A stretch of 64,000 bases of DNA from Octopus vulgaris (GCA_951406725.2 OX597814.1:213032001-213096000), one strand, 5' to 3'; shown: positions 1-14,716, numbered from the stretch's first letter. Notes: generated by a model from the sequence alone, not told the origin. A program made the numbers and translations.

Positions 1-180
1 TAACTGCGCTGGCCAAAATGCTTAGCCGCATTCCGTATGTCTTTACGTTTTAAGTTCAAATTCCACCGAGGTCAGCGTTACCTCTCATTTTATCAAGGTC
101 AAGAGTAGTTGAGCACTACGGCTAATGTAATTAACTTACTGGTACCCGAAATTGCTGGCCTTGTGCCAAAATTTGAAACC
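1..180 (+). mobile_element. Decayed SINE, family A (tRNA-derived), truncated by window start
   Basis: Shares gttcaaattccaccgaggtc and gaaattgctggccttgtgccaaaatttgaaacc with other family A copies in the window. Confidence 0.7.
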
Positions 181-540
181 GATATAATGCTACAAGTTAA
201 ATAACTAAGCAGTTCAAATTAAGCTAATGTTGACTTTTTCCACTTTCGGGGTTATACATTAAAAGTTGGTATTACCAAATCCTAAAATAATCTTCTCTTA
301 TCAATCGATAGCTTCGTACCAACGTGACGGATTACTAATTAAGGGCAACAAATGGTAAAATGTTATCTATAATTTAGTGTTTAGTACGTGTATGTAATCC
401 CAAAATTTATTTGTCATGTTGCCAAGCCGAACGAGTTCATTTTTATAGATTGTAATTAAGAGAAAATTGGCAACAGTGATTAGAGTTTCCAGTGTCTACT
501 GTTTCATTGTATATTTAGTAGCAATATACCGGCTTTCGTA

Positions 541-742
541 AGGCGTCGATCTGGCAGAACCGTTAGCACGCCTGACAAAATTCTTAGCGGCATTTCGTCC
601 ATCTTTATATTATAAGTTCATATTCCCCACGAGGTTGACTTCGCATTTCAACATTTCGGGGTCGATAAAAGAAGTCAGAATTGAACACTGGGGTCGATGT
701 TATCCCCCGAAATTGCTTGCCTCGTGCCAAAAATTTAAAACC
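541..742 (+). mobile_element. Decayed SINE, family A
   Basis: ctggcagaaccgttagcacgcc head, ttcggggtcgataaa, and ccaaaaatttaaaacc end. Confidence 0.7.
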
Positions 743-807
743 AATAAATCGGCTTCTGAAATTCCAGGCAGATATATAGTTGACTATATCACCCCATCTA
801 TCTCAGT

Positions 808-1015
808 GGAGGCACATGGCCTAGTGGTTAGATCAGCGGTCGAGGGATCGCGGGTTCGAATCTCAGACCGGGCGATGTGTGTGTTTATGAGCGAAACACC
901 TAAGCTCCACGCGGCTCCGGCAGAAGGTAATGGCGAAACTTCTGCTGACTCTTTTGCCACAACTTTCTCTCACTCTTTCCTCCTGCATCTTGCAGCTCAC
1001 CTGCGACGGACCGGC
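808..1015 (+). mobile_element. tRNA-derived SINE, family C (partial)
   Basis: A box tggcctagtgg and B box gggttcgaatc; homologous to 11587-11878. Confidence 0.75.
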
Positions 1016-1336
1016 CCTTATGAGCCAGGCATGGCTCGAGAAGGAACATACAACAAGATCTATCTCAATTGTACAATATTTTATCGATTCTAGAAGAATG
1101 AAAAACAAAGTTGGCTTCAGAAGGACTTAAACTCAGAATCTGAAGAGCGGGATGTCATATTGTGAATTAATGTTTTCCACGCTCTGATTATATCGCCAAA
1201 CCAAGAGTAATATTGTGAGTGATTCGTATAATTACAAACTATAGAATTGTTTTCAGTTTAGAAACAAGAACAGCAATTTGGATAGGAGACATAAAATCAA
1301 TAGTATTGACCTCAGTACTTGACTGGTACAATATCG

Positions 1337-1553
1337 ATGGTGAGCTGGCAGAAACGTTAGCACGCTGGGCGAAATGCTGAGCGGTATTTCTTCTTTACGA
1401 TCTGAGTTCAATTCCCGCCGAGGTGGAAAGGATGAAGGGCAAACCCTTCATCCTTCCGAGGTCAATAAATTAAATACCAGTTGCGTAGTGGGGTCGATTT
1501 AATCAACTGGCCCTCTCCCCAAATATTTCGGACCTTGTGCCTAGAGTAGAAAA
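1337..1553 (+). mobile_element. SINE, family A
   Basis: gagctggcagaaacgttagcacgctgggcgaaatgc head, gagttcaattcc B box, ccttgtgcctagagtagaaaag tail. Confidence 0.75.
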
Positions 1554-3057
1554 GTATATCTGATCGATTCTGGAGTGACGAAAAGAAAAGGTGACCTTAG
1601 AGGAACTTGAAACGGGAATATGAAAAAGTCGCTAGAAGCACAGCAAGGTTCTGTGATGATTTAGCCTGTCATACACATTTATATCTAATATAACGTGTAA
1701 TATTATGACTAATATAATTATCACCACATACTGGAATTGTTTATTTCGATGTGTAATAATAGTAATCCATAATTTGAATTGCTTCCTGCACTTAATCATA
1801 CAAGAATAACAGATTATAACCTTTCAGTGTAATGACTAGAAAGTGCTTGAGATATTAAACATGATTTGGAAAGCATTATTATTGATTTGTTTATTTTTTA
1901 TATCATAACCTGCTCTTTCCCAGAATGTCGTTTGTATGTAATTGACAGAAAAGGAATTTGAAATTTGAAGTCGTTTGCCCTCCGATATAAATGTATATTA
2001 ATCCTTAAAATTAATCTACAATATTCAATTCATATTGCTTGAAACACCAAATCTATGGAGTTTGCGTTCTGTTGTAAAATAATACGTTGTTTCCACATTC
2101 ATTTACAAAGGTATTTTTCTTTTCATTTCCTTTTCCGAATCATTGCATCATTCCTTCATGCAATTACAGTTTTTGTTCTTGTTATCATTTTACATTCCTC
2201 CAAGTGAGTGGCAACATAAATGAAAGTTTTACTAACATCACTGACATAATTTCTGTACGTTCTTTCTCCAGCTTCTGTTTCGCAATTTCGATTCTTCTTC
2301 GCTTATTTCCCTATGATATCCAAACATAGCTTATTTTTATATTCATTTCCATGTCTACAATTTTACCTTATTTTATATATTATTGATATGTCATGTCAGC
2401 AGTTAAATATACACATCTATATCTATAATTCTAACAATTTTATGTTTGCAAAAACTGAGTCTTGCTTTTCCTTCATAACAGAAATTCTAATAGATGACAT
2501 ACTTCATTTCAAGTAGTGAGATATTTTTAAAGCCTATGTCCCTTTTAAATATAAGTGAATGCGTGTATTGAAAAGTTTCTTCACATTTTCATTCTATCTT
2601 AGTTCCTGCATTTGAAAGATTCTTGTTAGTGGCGAAACTAATTTTTAGTAATGTGTTCGTAACAAGGTTACTCGTAGATCGCAGTTCCCATACACCAGTA
2701 AAATTAATGACAAGAACAACATGAAAGACTGACAAAATTTAAATGATACCTTGAAATTACAATATCGTAAAAAATCTAAATGGATTTCCATTTAACTACT
2801 TTCGAGCGGTTAAACTGAAGATTTGCTAAGAAAGGAATGAATTTCAAAAAAGCAATTTAACAATTACACCAAAATAATGTTGATTTTAATGTAAAATCAA
2901 ATTCTTATAAACGATACATTAGTGAATTATCTTTGCATCATATATACATAAACTTCTTCTGTGAAACTGTAGGTGTGTGTACACACACACACACACATAC
3001 ATATATACATGCATACATACATACACACACATATATATATATATATAAACATATATA

Positions 3058-4301
3058 TTGGGTCATCCCATAAATAATGCAGTTTTTCTATACTACCTAT
3101 ATTTTTCAAAATTAAGATAAACAAAGTTCTTTTCTAATCTAAATTATATTCTCCTTTATTTTCTATAAAGCTATTCCGTCTGGTAGACTCACAAGGCCCC
3201 TCTTCCAAAGTTCACCTGTTCGTGACGAAAAATACTCCTCCAGTACTCTTCTCACCTTGTTTACAGAATTCATATATTTTGCATCCCAATGCTTTTGAAG
3301 ACTGCGGAATAAATGATAACCTTAAGGGGCAATATCCGGTGAATATTGTGGGTGGGGCATCATTTCCCATTGAAACTGCTCCAGCTTTTGGAATGTCATC
3401 CTTGCTCTATATGGTCGAGCATTATCGTGATGGAAGAACACATTTCGTCTTGAAACCAAAGGTGGTCGTTTTTCATCTAGCGCTGACTGAAGCCACACAA
3501 GCTGCTCGCAGATCTCCTTTGTTATCGTCTGGTTTGGTTTTAAAATTTATGGACTAAACATTTCATATCCCATCAAACAGATAACAACTCCTTACGTGGT
3601 TGAAGGCCTTCTTTAGCCTAGGGTGCCGATATTTCTCCTTTCCCTACCCACTGTTTTCGGCGCTTGATATTTTAATAGAGAATCCATTTCTGCTTACAAG
3701 TCACTATTCTGTCCAGAAGAAAATTCCTTCGTGAGACGTGACAGCTAAAAAGAGCACACATTCACTCCCTGTGCGCGATTAGCCTCGGAAAATTTGTGAG
3801 GGATCCATTGACCCAATTTGCTGATTTCTGCGATGGCAGGCAGACGTCGATGAATGGTTGAATGACCAAATCCAAGCTTCTGTTCTAGTTCCTCAACGGC
3901 TACGATTGGATTTTGTTCCACCTAGGTTTGCAGGACGTCCTCGTCGAGCTCTACAGATATTCCAGGTCGAGGCTCGTCTTATAGGCTGTAGTTTCTGGCT
4001 CGGAAATTCTGGAACGACCGTTGACATTGGCTTACGCTTATAGTCCGATCTTTATATACTGCATTAATATTCTTTGCACTTTCCCTTGCGTTGTTACCTT
4101 TATTGAACTCATAAATCAAAATATACTGAATATGTTCCGTTGTCACTTCCATTATGACTTTAAAAAAATAATTGTTCAAATCATACTGCACTCCCCAAAA
4201 CTTGCTTTTATAGCAAGGTGATGTAGGTAGTTTATTCCGTCCTCTTCTGAGTTTTAGATCATGCAATTGAAAAAATACGCATTGTTTATGGGCTGACCCA
4301 A
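3058..4301 (-). mobile_element. Mariner transposon, full-length but decayed (~1.24 kb)
   Basis: Imperfect TIRs ttgggtcatcccataaataatgc / gcattgtttatgggctgacccaa with TA on both sides; minus strand encodes HTH (HIQYILIYEFNKGNNARESAKNINAVY), HDNARP and PHPQYSPDIAP motifs with stops and frameshifts. Confidence 0.9.
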
Positions 4302-5059
4302 TATATATGTGTGCTTGTGTGTGTCTGTAATTGAAACTATTAATTGAAAATCACTCGGTTCTTGGAGCTTTGCCTAAACAATAGGTATCCACTGTTCAAA
4401 TTCAATACGCTTTGAATTTAAAAGGAATTAATTGCTCCAATTGTTGCTATTATTTTCTAAATTAGATTTATTTAAAACAAAATTGCTTTATATATGCATT
4501 CAATTATAAAAAAAATTTAATAGAATATTTTCCCAAGTTTTGAAGTAATATAAACATTTATGATATATATATATATATTGCAATTTGATTACACACCAAA
4601 GCTAACGGCATAAAGATCGGGTAGAATTGCCTGAGGGTTCTGTGTTACGTATTGCTGTTATATTCATATTAAAACACATAAGACACATGTATGTATGTCA
4701 ATGTTCTTAACCAAATGTATATATATATATATATATCCGTGTGTTTATGCATGTATATATATATGTATACGTGTGTTTGTGTTCTTTGTGTGTGTGTGTG
4801 TGTGTGTGTGTGTAGAAGGTTGAAAAGGAATAAACGAGTTGATATGTATAAGGAAAATGTATCAAGATAGGAAATGCTAAGATAATTTTATCATAAAAAC
4901 TTTTTAGAACCAGTTTCAATCCTTGGAACTTTTTCAACTCTAAGTATGGAAAGCAGTTAAATTTTGGAAAAATTAGATGAAAAGTCTTTAAAAGAATATT
5001 TGCATAGTATTCAAATACAAGGGGCATTTTCCTTGTTTCTGTCTGTCTCTGTCTATTGA

Positions 5060-5703
5060 GAGACTCTCATATCATTATCCTTCTCCTCTCCGTCTTCGCC
5101 CGTCCTCACCATGAATACTGTTCGTGGTCTCCTTACCTGAAACAGAACATTGCAAAAATTGAAGCAACCCAAGGAAAATACACAGCATGACAAGTCTTGG
5201 TTAACGGAATCGTTTCGTTAACGGAATCGTTTCGAGAAACACAAACGTCATTACCACCTGCATCACCGCGAGCGCTATATCATTTATACGATGAGAAAAA
5301 CATCCTAACAGCACTACACAAATGATGTTGGCATCTTCTTTAAAATTCACCGGGGCTTCTTCTCCTTGCTATCAGTCTTTTACAAAAGTCATAACCACAT
5401 CATACCACAATACTAAGAGAGACCTATTTGACCACAATTAGTCCTGCTCTCTTTAACATTATACCAAGACAGATAAGAGGAGAAAAAGTTCTCTTCATAT
5501 TTAAACGATTCCAAGACGAATATCTTCAAGGAAGTCTACACAAACTACCTACATCCAGATACATCCCTGAAAACAATATCTCTTTAATCGAATGATCAAT
5601 GGTACCCACAGCATGACTAATGTGGAAAGTCTCTGAATGTATTTTCAAGCTGGGCTGTTAACTAGGCATGGCCTGTGCCAATGCTGACTGAAACATATTT
5701 AAG
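5060..5703 (+). mobile_element. CR1/L2-group LINE 3' fragment (decayed ORF2 end and 3' UTR)
   Basis: Translates to WSPYLKQNIAKIEATQGKYT-like RT C-terminal motif; ends ggcatggcctgtgcc...gaaacatatttaagt, like the tails at 14.9 and 50.2 kb. Confidence 0.65.
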
Positions 5704-5721
5704 TATATATATATACATACT

Positions 5722-6030
5722 GCAGGTGTGACTGTGTGGTAAGTAACTTGCTTAACGTCCACATGGCTCCGGGTTCAGTCCCACTGCGTGGCACCTTGGG
5801 CAAGTGTTTTCTATTATATCCTCGGGTCGACCAAAGCCTTGTGAGTGGATTTGGTAGACGGAAAGAAGGCAGTCTTATCCCCACCATCGCTTGTCAACCG
5901 GTTTTGGTGTGTTTACGTCCTCGTAACCTAGCTGTTCGGCAAAAGAGTCCGATAAAATAAGTACTCGGCTTACAAAGAATATGTTCTGAGGTCGATTAGT
6001 GCGACTAAATGACTGAAACAATTAAAAAAG
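5722..6030 (+). mobile_element. tRNA-derived SINE, family B (internally deleted)
   Basis: ccgggttcagtcccactgcgtggcaccttgggcaagtg and gtgagtggatttggtagacggaaa shared with four other copies. Confidence 0.85.
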
Positions 6031-6070
6031 TAAATGATTATATATATATATATATATATAAAGCTTCCCG

Positions 6071-6136
<66 letters not shown>

Positions 6137-9100
6137 GGTTTTCAACCGTTTTATATGTATTACGCTAAGCTTGGTGGTGAAGCTTTATGGTTGTAATATT
6201 AATCCAATTTAATGGCTTATGTTCGCGACAAATATTTTAATAGATTGTTGATGGGATGAAGAGAAATAAAACTTCATTATAATTAGTCTTGTTAGTATAT
6301 TAAATTGCAGTTAATTTTTCAAGGAGGAGGAGTTTACAAGGGATTAAAATAAAGCAAGGAATCTATGAGTTCTAATTTCGCAGGCGCAGTCGACTTTATT
6401 ATGTTGTCATATGGGGTATATTTCACGTGAGAAGGAAGATGTTGGTTTTACTTACTATTATTTGCAATCATGAACCACCATCTAAATAATAAAGGCAACA
6501 GAGAGGACGGATTCTTATGCAAGTCCCTATTTAAAGAGATCAGCTTTGTGGCTTGATTTTATATGTCACGTGGAAATATATGTTAAAACCTTTCGTAAAG
6601 TATGTTAAAGTAAACAAGTTATTTAATTTAAAACTTGCACCGACATGGATTTTTTAACTGATGATATATGTGAAATGTTTTAAACTTTCATAAAATCTAA
6701 CATTTAGGTCTTCTGCCTTGATATATTTGCTTAAATGTTTCCAAACATATAACAAACAAAACCCCAATAACTCAACGCTAAGTGTAATGAAGGAAAGTTA
6801 ATGATCTAAACTAGAATTTAGTGTTTCTTTGTTTTCTAGATCCTTTTGTCTGCCATATTATATCTTCCCTATTTCTTCATCCTTTTATTTGTCTACATTT
6901 AGTCTTCTCTCCTTATTCCCTCTTCACTTCCGTTCCCTACACACATCTATTGAATACACTTATCTGTAATTTAATATATAATAATAATTTAGGCTTGTTA
7001 AAATTAATAAGCTAGTATGGCTACCTGATACTTAGAAAGTGATTATGGTGACGTGAAGAGAATTAGTGACATTATAAACATTAGCTGTATGAAAAGCATA
7101 ATGAAGAGATAGGTAATCCTAGAAGATACATAATGAGAATTCAGTACTGATAATTAAATATGATGATTAAAATTTAAATTTAAATTTACAATTAAAAACT
7201 TAAGTAAAATAACGTGAAAGAGAATTATTTAAGGAAAAGCGCTAGAAAACTTTAAAGTTGACGATTCGCAGGCGTGTAATGTTATGTGTGTACCAAATAA
7301 AACATGAACATAAGAGATGCTATACCTGAGGAATGTAAGACGGATTTCTATATATAGAAATGCAAAAGGTTATACAAAATATACTGATATATATATGGAT
7401 ATAAATATATGGACACGTGTGTTTGTGAGTGTGTGTGTGTATGTGTGTGTGTGTGTATGTGTGTTCAAATGATAAAATACCAACGAAACTATGAGACTGG
7501 TGTCAGTGTCTTAGACATAACATAGTTACAAGGTAATGCAGCCGGTTGTGCTGCACTGTATTGGTAAGAAGGGGTAACATATGTTGCAGTGGCATGGCTT
7601 CGAACTTTGAATAGAAGATTCAGTTGAAATTGTTATGGCTGTCAACAATATCTTTTTCAATTTGCGTATGACTGAAGCACGTAAAGTGTCTTTCGTTACT
7701 TGCCCACTGCAACATACAACCTCAGACCTGACAATCTCATGTAAGCTGAATACCCCAAAATAATTTTCAATAACTTTTACTTTAACTGACCTTTAATGTT
7801 TCCATATACTTTTCACTGGCGTCATAGAGAAAACGTTTCACTGCCATGAGCCGTTATAGTCTGAATGTTATACTTTCATCTATTAATTCAACTTCGGTGG
7901 TTGTCTTATATCTAGTTCCATTAATATCATTTGAAATCCACTTGTATATAAACTGTGAGCTATTGTACTATTGATATTCCCCTAAGTATTGAAAATGAAA
8001 TCCCCCTCTACAATTCCTTACTTATTATCTCTTTTATGTTTATGTTCTTCTCTAATTTATTGCCATTTACACTTATTAGCACACTTAATTACCGTTACCT
8101 AATTTCATTTTGTCTTTTGTCATCTTTGTTTAACACTAAGTTAACTTTCTCCTTTCCCGATTTCGACTTCTCATTTTCATTTTCAATTCTAGCCTCTAAT
8201 TTATTAGCCTTCATTTTAAATTGTATCACTCAATCATTAATAAGGTATCCTCACACTATCAACAGCCCAGATATCATTTGCCCTGGACGCATTTTAAAAG
8301 ATTCAGCATTAGATGAAAAGTGAATTTAGCAATTAGTTATTGTGCTTTTATGACTTATGATTCAGATTAACACACGGGTTCAGATCATATAGGCGTAGGG
8401 TTTATCAGTAAGAACGAAAATAATTAATATTAGAAAAAATGAATTTGTTTTCAGAGGAGTGTTTTGTGCAGAGTTAGCTTCAGTCTCTTCTACCACCAAC
8501 CACCCCCACCCCCACCCCCAGCAATTGAATCGCATCTACTAGTACCGTGTATTATGTGGTAGCGAGAAAAGAACATAAGCTAGAAAATTTAAGACAAAAT
8601 CTAAACAAAGGGATATTCACTTTCAAAGTACATCATACGTGAAGTTTTGTTGTTTATCTTATAACACCAAACATACATTTAACATATATCTAACACCTAC
8701 GGATATCCTATACAAATCGGAGGATAGTAAAATAAGATACATATCTACAATATGATACATGAAGTTATGACTAAGGTTTATAGTTTTGAAATGTTTTACT
8801 TTTCCGTGATGTTATATGAAATAGTAGTATTATGCTGGAAATATTTAAATGTGATCGCGTAAACTTAGTTGTTTGGCAGTGCCCGACCGTATGTTGGGCT
8901 CATTTATCTATTTGACAGGACTTGCTGTTTTGCTGGGTTTTTCACATACTCAGAATACTAGGCTGGAGGGTGCAGGTTTAGTTGCCCCCAGACTCACCGT
9001 GTAACTTGTAATATTTTACAACAGATTTTATCCAAAAACGACAAAAAAATTAGATGAATTTTTAAAACAGTTATTTTCTAGTTATTTGTCATCATGTTGT

Positions 9101-11423
9101 AAAACCATAATTTTCAAAAATGGTTTTTACTTTCCATTTACAGCTCTACCTTTTGCAAAATTGAAAAGGCTCGATTGTGTTCTGGAAAAAAGAAACATTT
9201 GTTTTAATAATTTGATCCTGAAAGTCAGGTAGAATTGATATCTCGTAGAAAAGAAGAACATGATATTTACACATAACTCTTCTTAATCTTAGTGATCTCA
9301 TTTACTATATTAGGATTAGCGGCTCTTTCATCAAACTCTTCTGATCTAAATTTATGTCATTTTCACTGTCTGCTCTTCTATAGAATATAGATACACCGAG
9401 TGGTATCTACCACCCTCGGATTTATTCCAAAGCGCACTGTGTCGTCTGCTCTATGACATTCTAGTGTTCTTCCACAGTCAGTGCTATGTATGGAGGCCTT
9501 CCCTAGATGCCCACAACGAATTCGGTGCATAAACGAAACACACACCCCGTGTGTATGCGATGGATAATGTTTATATTACTAGAGATTCTTTTTATTTATA
9601 ATTTAATTGACTTCCACACCTGCTACATGTAGTAGTTTTCATACAACTTTCATATAAATCATAGGCCAGGGATTTTATTCGTTTCAGAATTCTTCGATTG
9701 TGTAGTATTGATAACTGACAATAATAGCGAAATATCACATTTCCATTCATTCTAAGGCGAGTTGTCTCACCTATACTATGATACACAGGTGATTTTTAGC
9801 ACTCATCGTTATGTAGGGAGCATTCCCCAGACGCCAACCTGCAGCAAATTCAATATGCAAGCAAAACACATACTATGTGTATGTGCGCTAGATAATGTTT
9901 ACTTTAAGAGGGTTGCTTATAATTCGCAATTTAATAAGGGTAAATTTTTTTAACGTAATATCTCAGGTTGCATCGATTCTAGCCACAAACTTGAGAAATG
10001 AACTTTTGTTTTTTATACGTGATAGCATTATTAGTAAATGAGAGTTGTATTTTTTTTAATTTCGACTTTTACATTTAAATTAGTTCCTTTCAATTATGAT
10101 ATTGCTATGACGGTACTAGTGATAATTTCTAATTTAGGCACTAGAAATTTGGAAGTAAGGTACAGTCGTCTGCATCAACCTTAGTGATGAGGTTTGCTGT
10201 GTTTTAAAGAACCTAGATGAATTAAGACAACGTTGACCAGGTTGCAGTAAGAACTTTAAGAATATTTTAACAAAGTTCGAACAACTGTACTTCTTCACCA
10301 TCTTAAACGGTCACCAATACGCATTAGCAGATTCTCATGATTAAAAAATATATAAGTATAAATCGCATCTACGAAACAACGAAAGCAAAGCACATAATCC
10401 ACGTAATTCGCGGTGTCAAAATATTGATAATCGTACTTTTCTACAAAGCGAACTAGCAAAATTGTTAGTAAGCCGAATGAATGAGTCCATTCGTCTTTAC
10501 GTCTTGTGTTCATATTCCGTCGATGTTGACTTTGACTTGCATCCTTTCAGGGTCAATAACATAAGTAATTGACCAACACGTGTCCCCACGGAATTCCAGG
10601 CCTTGTGCCTATAGTGGTAAGGATGGTTTAACGGGATAATAACAGCTCTAATCATAGTATAGATGAGGTTTCGGAAAGTAAGTTAGGAACCGCTATTTCC
10701 AAAATACCCACAGAACATACATGCGTGGGTTTGTATTCTAAATAATAAATATCGCAAAATTGTTTCAAAAGTATAGTTTATATATTTTTATATTTTTTTA
10801 TTTCCTAATTTACTATAAAATGCATATAAAATTTAATAGGTATTATAAATTCTAAAGTTAATCTACGCCAAATCAATATTATCAATATTTGCAAAATGTT
10901 GCTATATTAAATGAAAGATATATGATGGCTGTTTTCCTTAAATGTTTGTACATAAGTTTTAAAATGCAGTTATATAGTTAGTGAAATCAGTATTTCGAAG
11001 TAAATTTAAAAAGCTATAATGATAATAGCATATACTAATGTTTTATATGCAAACTAATTACGTCACACAAAATAGAAGGAATCAAATGCTACAAGGATAA
11101 AATAGAATTCAAAACAGAAAAAAATTTGCAGTTGTAAAACGAGTATATATTAAGTTTTGTAAACTGTTACAAGGTATAAATTACCATTAATATGGCAAGC
11201 TTAGAATTTTTTTTAAAAAAACACATAGAACATAATGGAATGCTTTGCTGAGAATAAAAAATACTTAAGAATTTGAAATTTATATAGGATTAATTTGATA
11301 GTGAGAGAAAATTCGTCTTTGAAATATTTTATTGATCCAGTTGTGTAGCAACATATCAAGCGCAATAAAGAGTTTATTGAGTAAACATTTAACAAACTTA
11401 AATGAGTACTGATGTAATTTATA

Positions 11424-11466
<43 letters not shown>

Positions 11467-11586
11467 TTAGAGACAAAACCACTATTTTGTAAATCAAACA
11501 AGGAAAGACTTAATCAATACATAAAAAAATTTTAATATAAAGTAAATAAATCGCCACTACAATTGTTTCCTGTCTTATATATATGT

Positions 11587-11877
11587 GGAGGCGCAATGGC
11601 CCAGTGGTTAGGGCAGCGGACTCGCGGTCGGAGGATCGCAGTTTCGATTCCCAGACCGGGCGTTGTGTGTGTTTATTGAGCGAAAACACCTAAAAGCTCC
11701 ACGATGCTCCGGCAGGGGGTGGTGATCCCTGCTGTACTCTTTCACCACTCTTTCTCCCACTTTCTTCCGTTGGCCTGCTCGCTTAGCTAGCGGGGTGGCG
11801 TCGATCGAAGGCTAAAACAAAGCGAACGCATTGTGACCAGCGATGTGTAGCAACATCTGATGGTCTGGTCGGTCACG

Positions 11878-11878
<1 letters not shown>
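11587..11878 (+). mobile_element. tRNA-derived SINE, family C, full length, within a TA-rich microsatellite
   Basis: ggaggcgcaatggcccagtggttagggcagcggactcgcgg tRNA-like head, B box gtttcgattcc; absent from the paralogous segment. Confidence 0.85.
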
Positions 11879-11913
<35 letters not shown>

Positions 11914-13032
11914 AGAGGTGCGTGTGTGTATGCGTGTATATGTAGACGGATGTGTATATGTATGTATAGACCCATATGTATATATTCATTTTTATATATC
12001 TATATATAAATAGTTACATGTATACTCATACCTATATACACATACTCACACACAACAACATATGCAAATCATATATATATATATGAACATTTATATTATT
12101 ATTAATGGATCTACTAAAGAATTTAGAGCATTTCCATTAACCATAACTGAAGTGTTAGCATATTGAATTCTCATAGGAAAAGTAGTTATTACTTCGCTTG
12201 AAGATTTTAATGGATAAGATATTGGTTGTGTATAGAAAGATGATTTGGGCGAAATAGAATTTAAAAACAAGTGTTTTGCAAATTATTATTTTTTTTTAAA
12301 ACCTTTTTTTTTCTGCAGTATTTGTTACTACCAAGTCATGTAAAAATCTACCTTCTGTTGGACTAACCGTTACCACACTATAATTTTTTCTTGCATTCTC
12401 CTTGCAATAACATGTTTATTATTATCTCTAGGCTACGAAACTGTCACATGCAAAGAAGTGTAAGATATATTTTTTTTAATAGATCCACAGGAATATTGGT
12501 TGTAAGAGTAAGAATTCTCTACACAAATGACTGCACAACAATGTTTATCAATATTCGCTTATGTGTAACCTACTTTGAATGCGTTGCTTAGTGTGAGCTG
12601 CACACCACCACCCAACGTGAGGGAAGTTATTTACTAGAATAGATGTTTTATTGCATTGCTTTAAAGCAATCTTTTGCTGAAATAACCAACATAAATATAA
12701 TCATTATAATTAAGTGTAGCTATTTAGAGTTTTGGGTTTTATTTCTTTAACATTTCGGTAAGTGGACATCAGAATTAAGGTTTACTCAGGCTTAGGATAT
12801 TAGTAGCAACTGATCTCTTATTCCTGGATACGCACAATACTCCATTCTATGTTTTCATCGCAAGACATTACGTGATGAGAGACTGGCGAACTGCTATGAT
12901 TTTTGTGTAAACGAAGTCTGCCATTGAAACATTTGAATTCTCGCTAATCACATTCAACTATGCATTTTCGGTTCACATTTGTGGTTATATCACCGATTTA
13001 TGGTGGAGTAAGAAAGAAACTTTTATTACATC

Positions 13033-13108
<76 letters not shown>
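13033..13108. repeat. (TAG)n microsatellite
   Basis: About 25 perfect units; the paralog at ~16017-16051 is shorter and interrupted. Confidence 0.95.
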
Positions 13109-13109
<1 letters not shown>

Positions 13110-14554
13110 TAATGCGATGAAGACGAGGAGTCACGGTATCAGTACCTATGAACGATTTTATTTAACTTAATACGGACCCTCATAACCGTAAACCTGCGAG
13201 TGAAAGCATTTCAAATATCTTATCTTACCAATCCTTTCATACCTAATGTATATAAAACTATATTAACCAACATATACTTCCAATTTTAAGACAATGTAAT
13301 GAGATTTCGCACATATTTCTAGCAGATTGAGCGACATGTCTTTTATAAAATATTTCAGAAACATTTTTGTTTTGTAAATTTTCAGTTTATGTTAGCAAAT
13401 ATAGCGGCATTAGCTTCTAAACGAAGCTGCACTTTTAGCACATTAAAACCTAAAACCAGCTTCTATTTTTGGATGTTCATATTTCAATTGAATTATTCAA
13501 ATATAATGAAAAATATTTTTATTTAATTGAATGATTCAAAATAAATGTAAAGATTATTTTAATTGTTGTCTTCTTCATACTTAAATATACTTTACGATTA
13601 CTGTAAATGTAATATAATATAAAATTTTATTCATTATGAGTCGATAATTATTTTATAACAATATGGCAAGTATAAGTGATAATTAACAATTATTTTCCCC
13701 CATATCGTAATTACACTGATTAAAAAAACACCGAAAATAGCTCTTATTATGAATATTAGTTGATTTGTCTCTGTCTGTTATTATATAAACCTTATTTTCA
13801 TTGATGTCGAGATGATTTGATTAATTATATGCCAAGTAGCAATGAAACTTTAATTTACTTGAAATAAGAACACACGTTAATCTCCCTATCCAATTCGACT
13901 TATAAGACAGATAATTATGCTTCTTTCGGGATGTCGATATTTTTCTTGTTACAATGTTGGTATTTTTCATAATTCATTTTATTTAATTTCTATACATTAT
14001 AACAGAGCAGTAGAAATTCTATAAAATCGTTTATCTTTATGCTAATGCCTAATTGCAACTATTTTTGGTTTGAAAATAAAAATTTTCTTTTTACATGTAA
14101 AATAATTACATTTAGATATGAACAACATTTCTTGAACTCTTTCTCACATAATATGAAACAGAACCGAAGAACTAAAATTTATATAATCTAAAGCACTTAA
14201 GCCAGTAAAAGCGGAAATAGGTATTTCGCCCGTCGCTACGTTCTCAGCTCAAATTCCGCAGAGGTCGAGTTTCCCTTCAAATTACTGCCCTAGAGGCAAA
14301 ATTTGAAACAATTATTATTATTAATATTAAAAACACGGCGAACCTTCAGATTCGTTAGCACGCTGGACGAGATGCTTAATGATATTTCACCCGTCAATGC
14401 TTTCTGATATCACATACTTATATTAGAAAGTATTATTGTTACAATCAAGAGGCCGGACAGCTGGCAGAATCGTTCGCACGCTGGGTAAAATGCTTATCGG
14501 CATTTAGTCCGGCATTATGTTCTAATTACAAATTCCGCCGCAGTCGATATATGA

Positions 14555-14653
14555 TTAATTTGATAGTTGTGCAGAATTATATATAGCGTAATAGAGAGAG
14601 TTTATTGAGTAAGTCTAACAGTCTTAAATGAATACTGATGCAATTTATATGCA

Positions 14654-14705
<52 letters not shown>

Positions 14706-14716
14706 AAGATTTGGGC

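Larger units (their letters stand above)
11290..14105 (+). repeat. Copy 1 of an older ~3 kb tandem segmental duplication
   Basis: Colinear similarity to 14555-17050; e.g. 12110-13030 matches 15120-16020 closely. Confidence 0.9.

Noticed and set aside
808-870. tRNA genes at SINE heads (also 11587 and 40479)
   Set aside because: A and B boxes run directly into multi-copy SINE bodies; no complete cloverleaf or terminator
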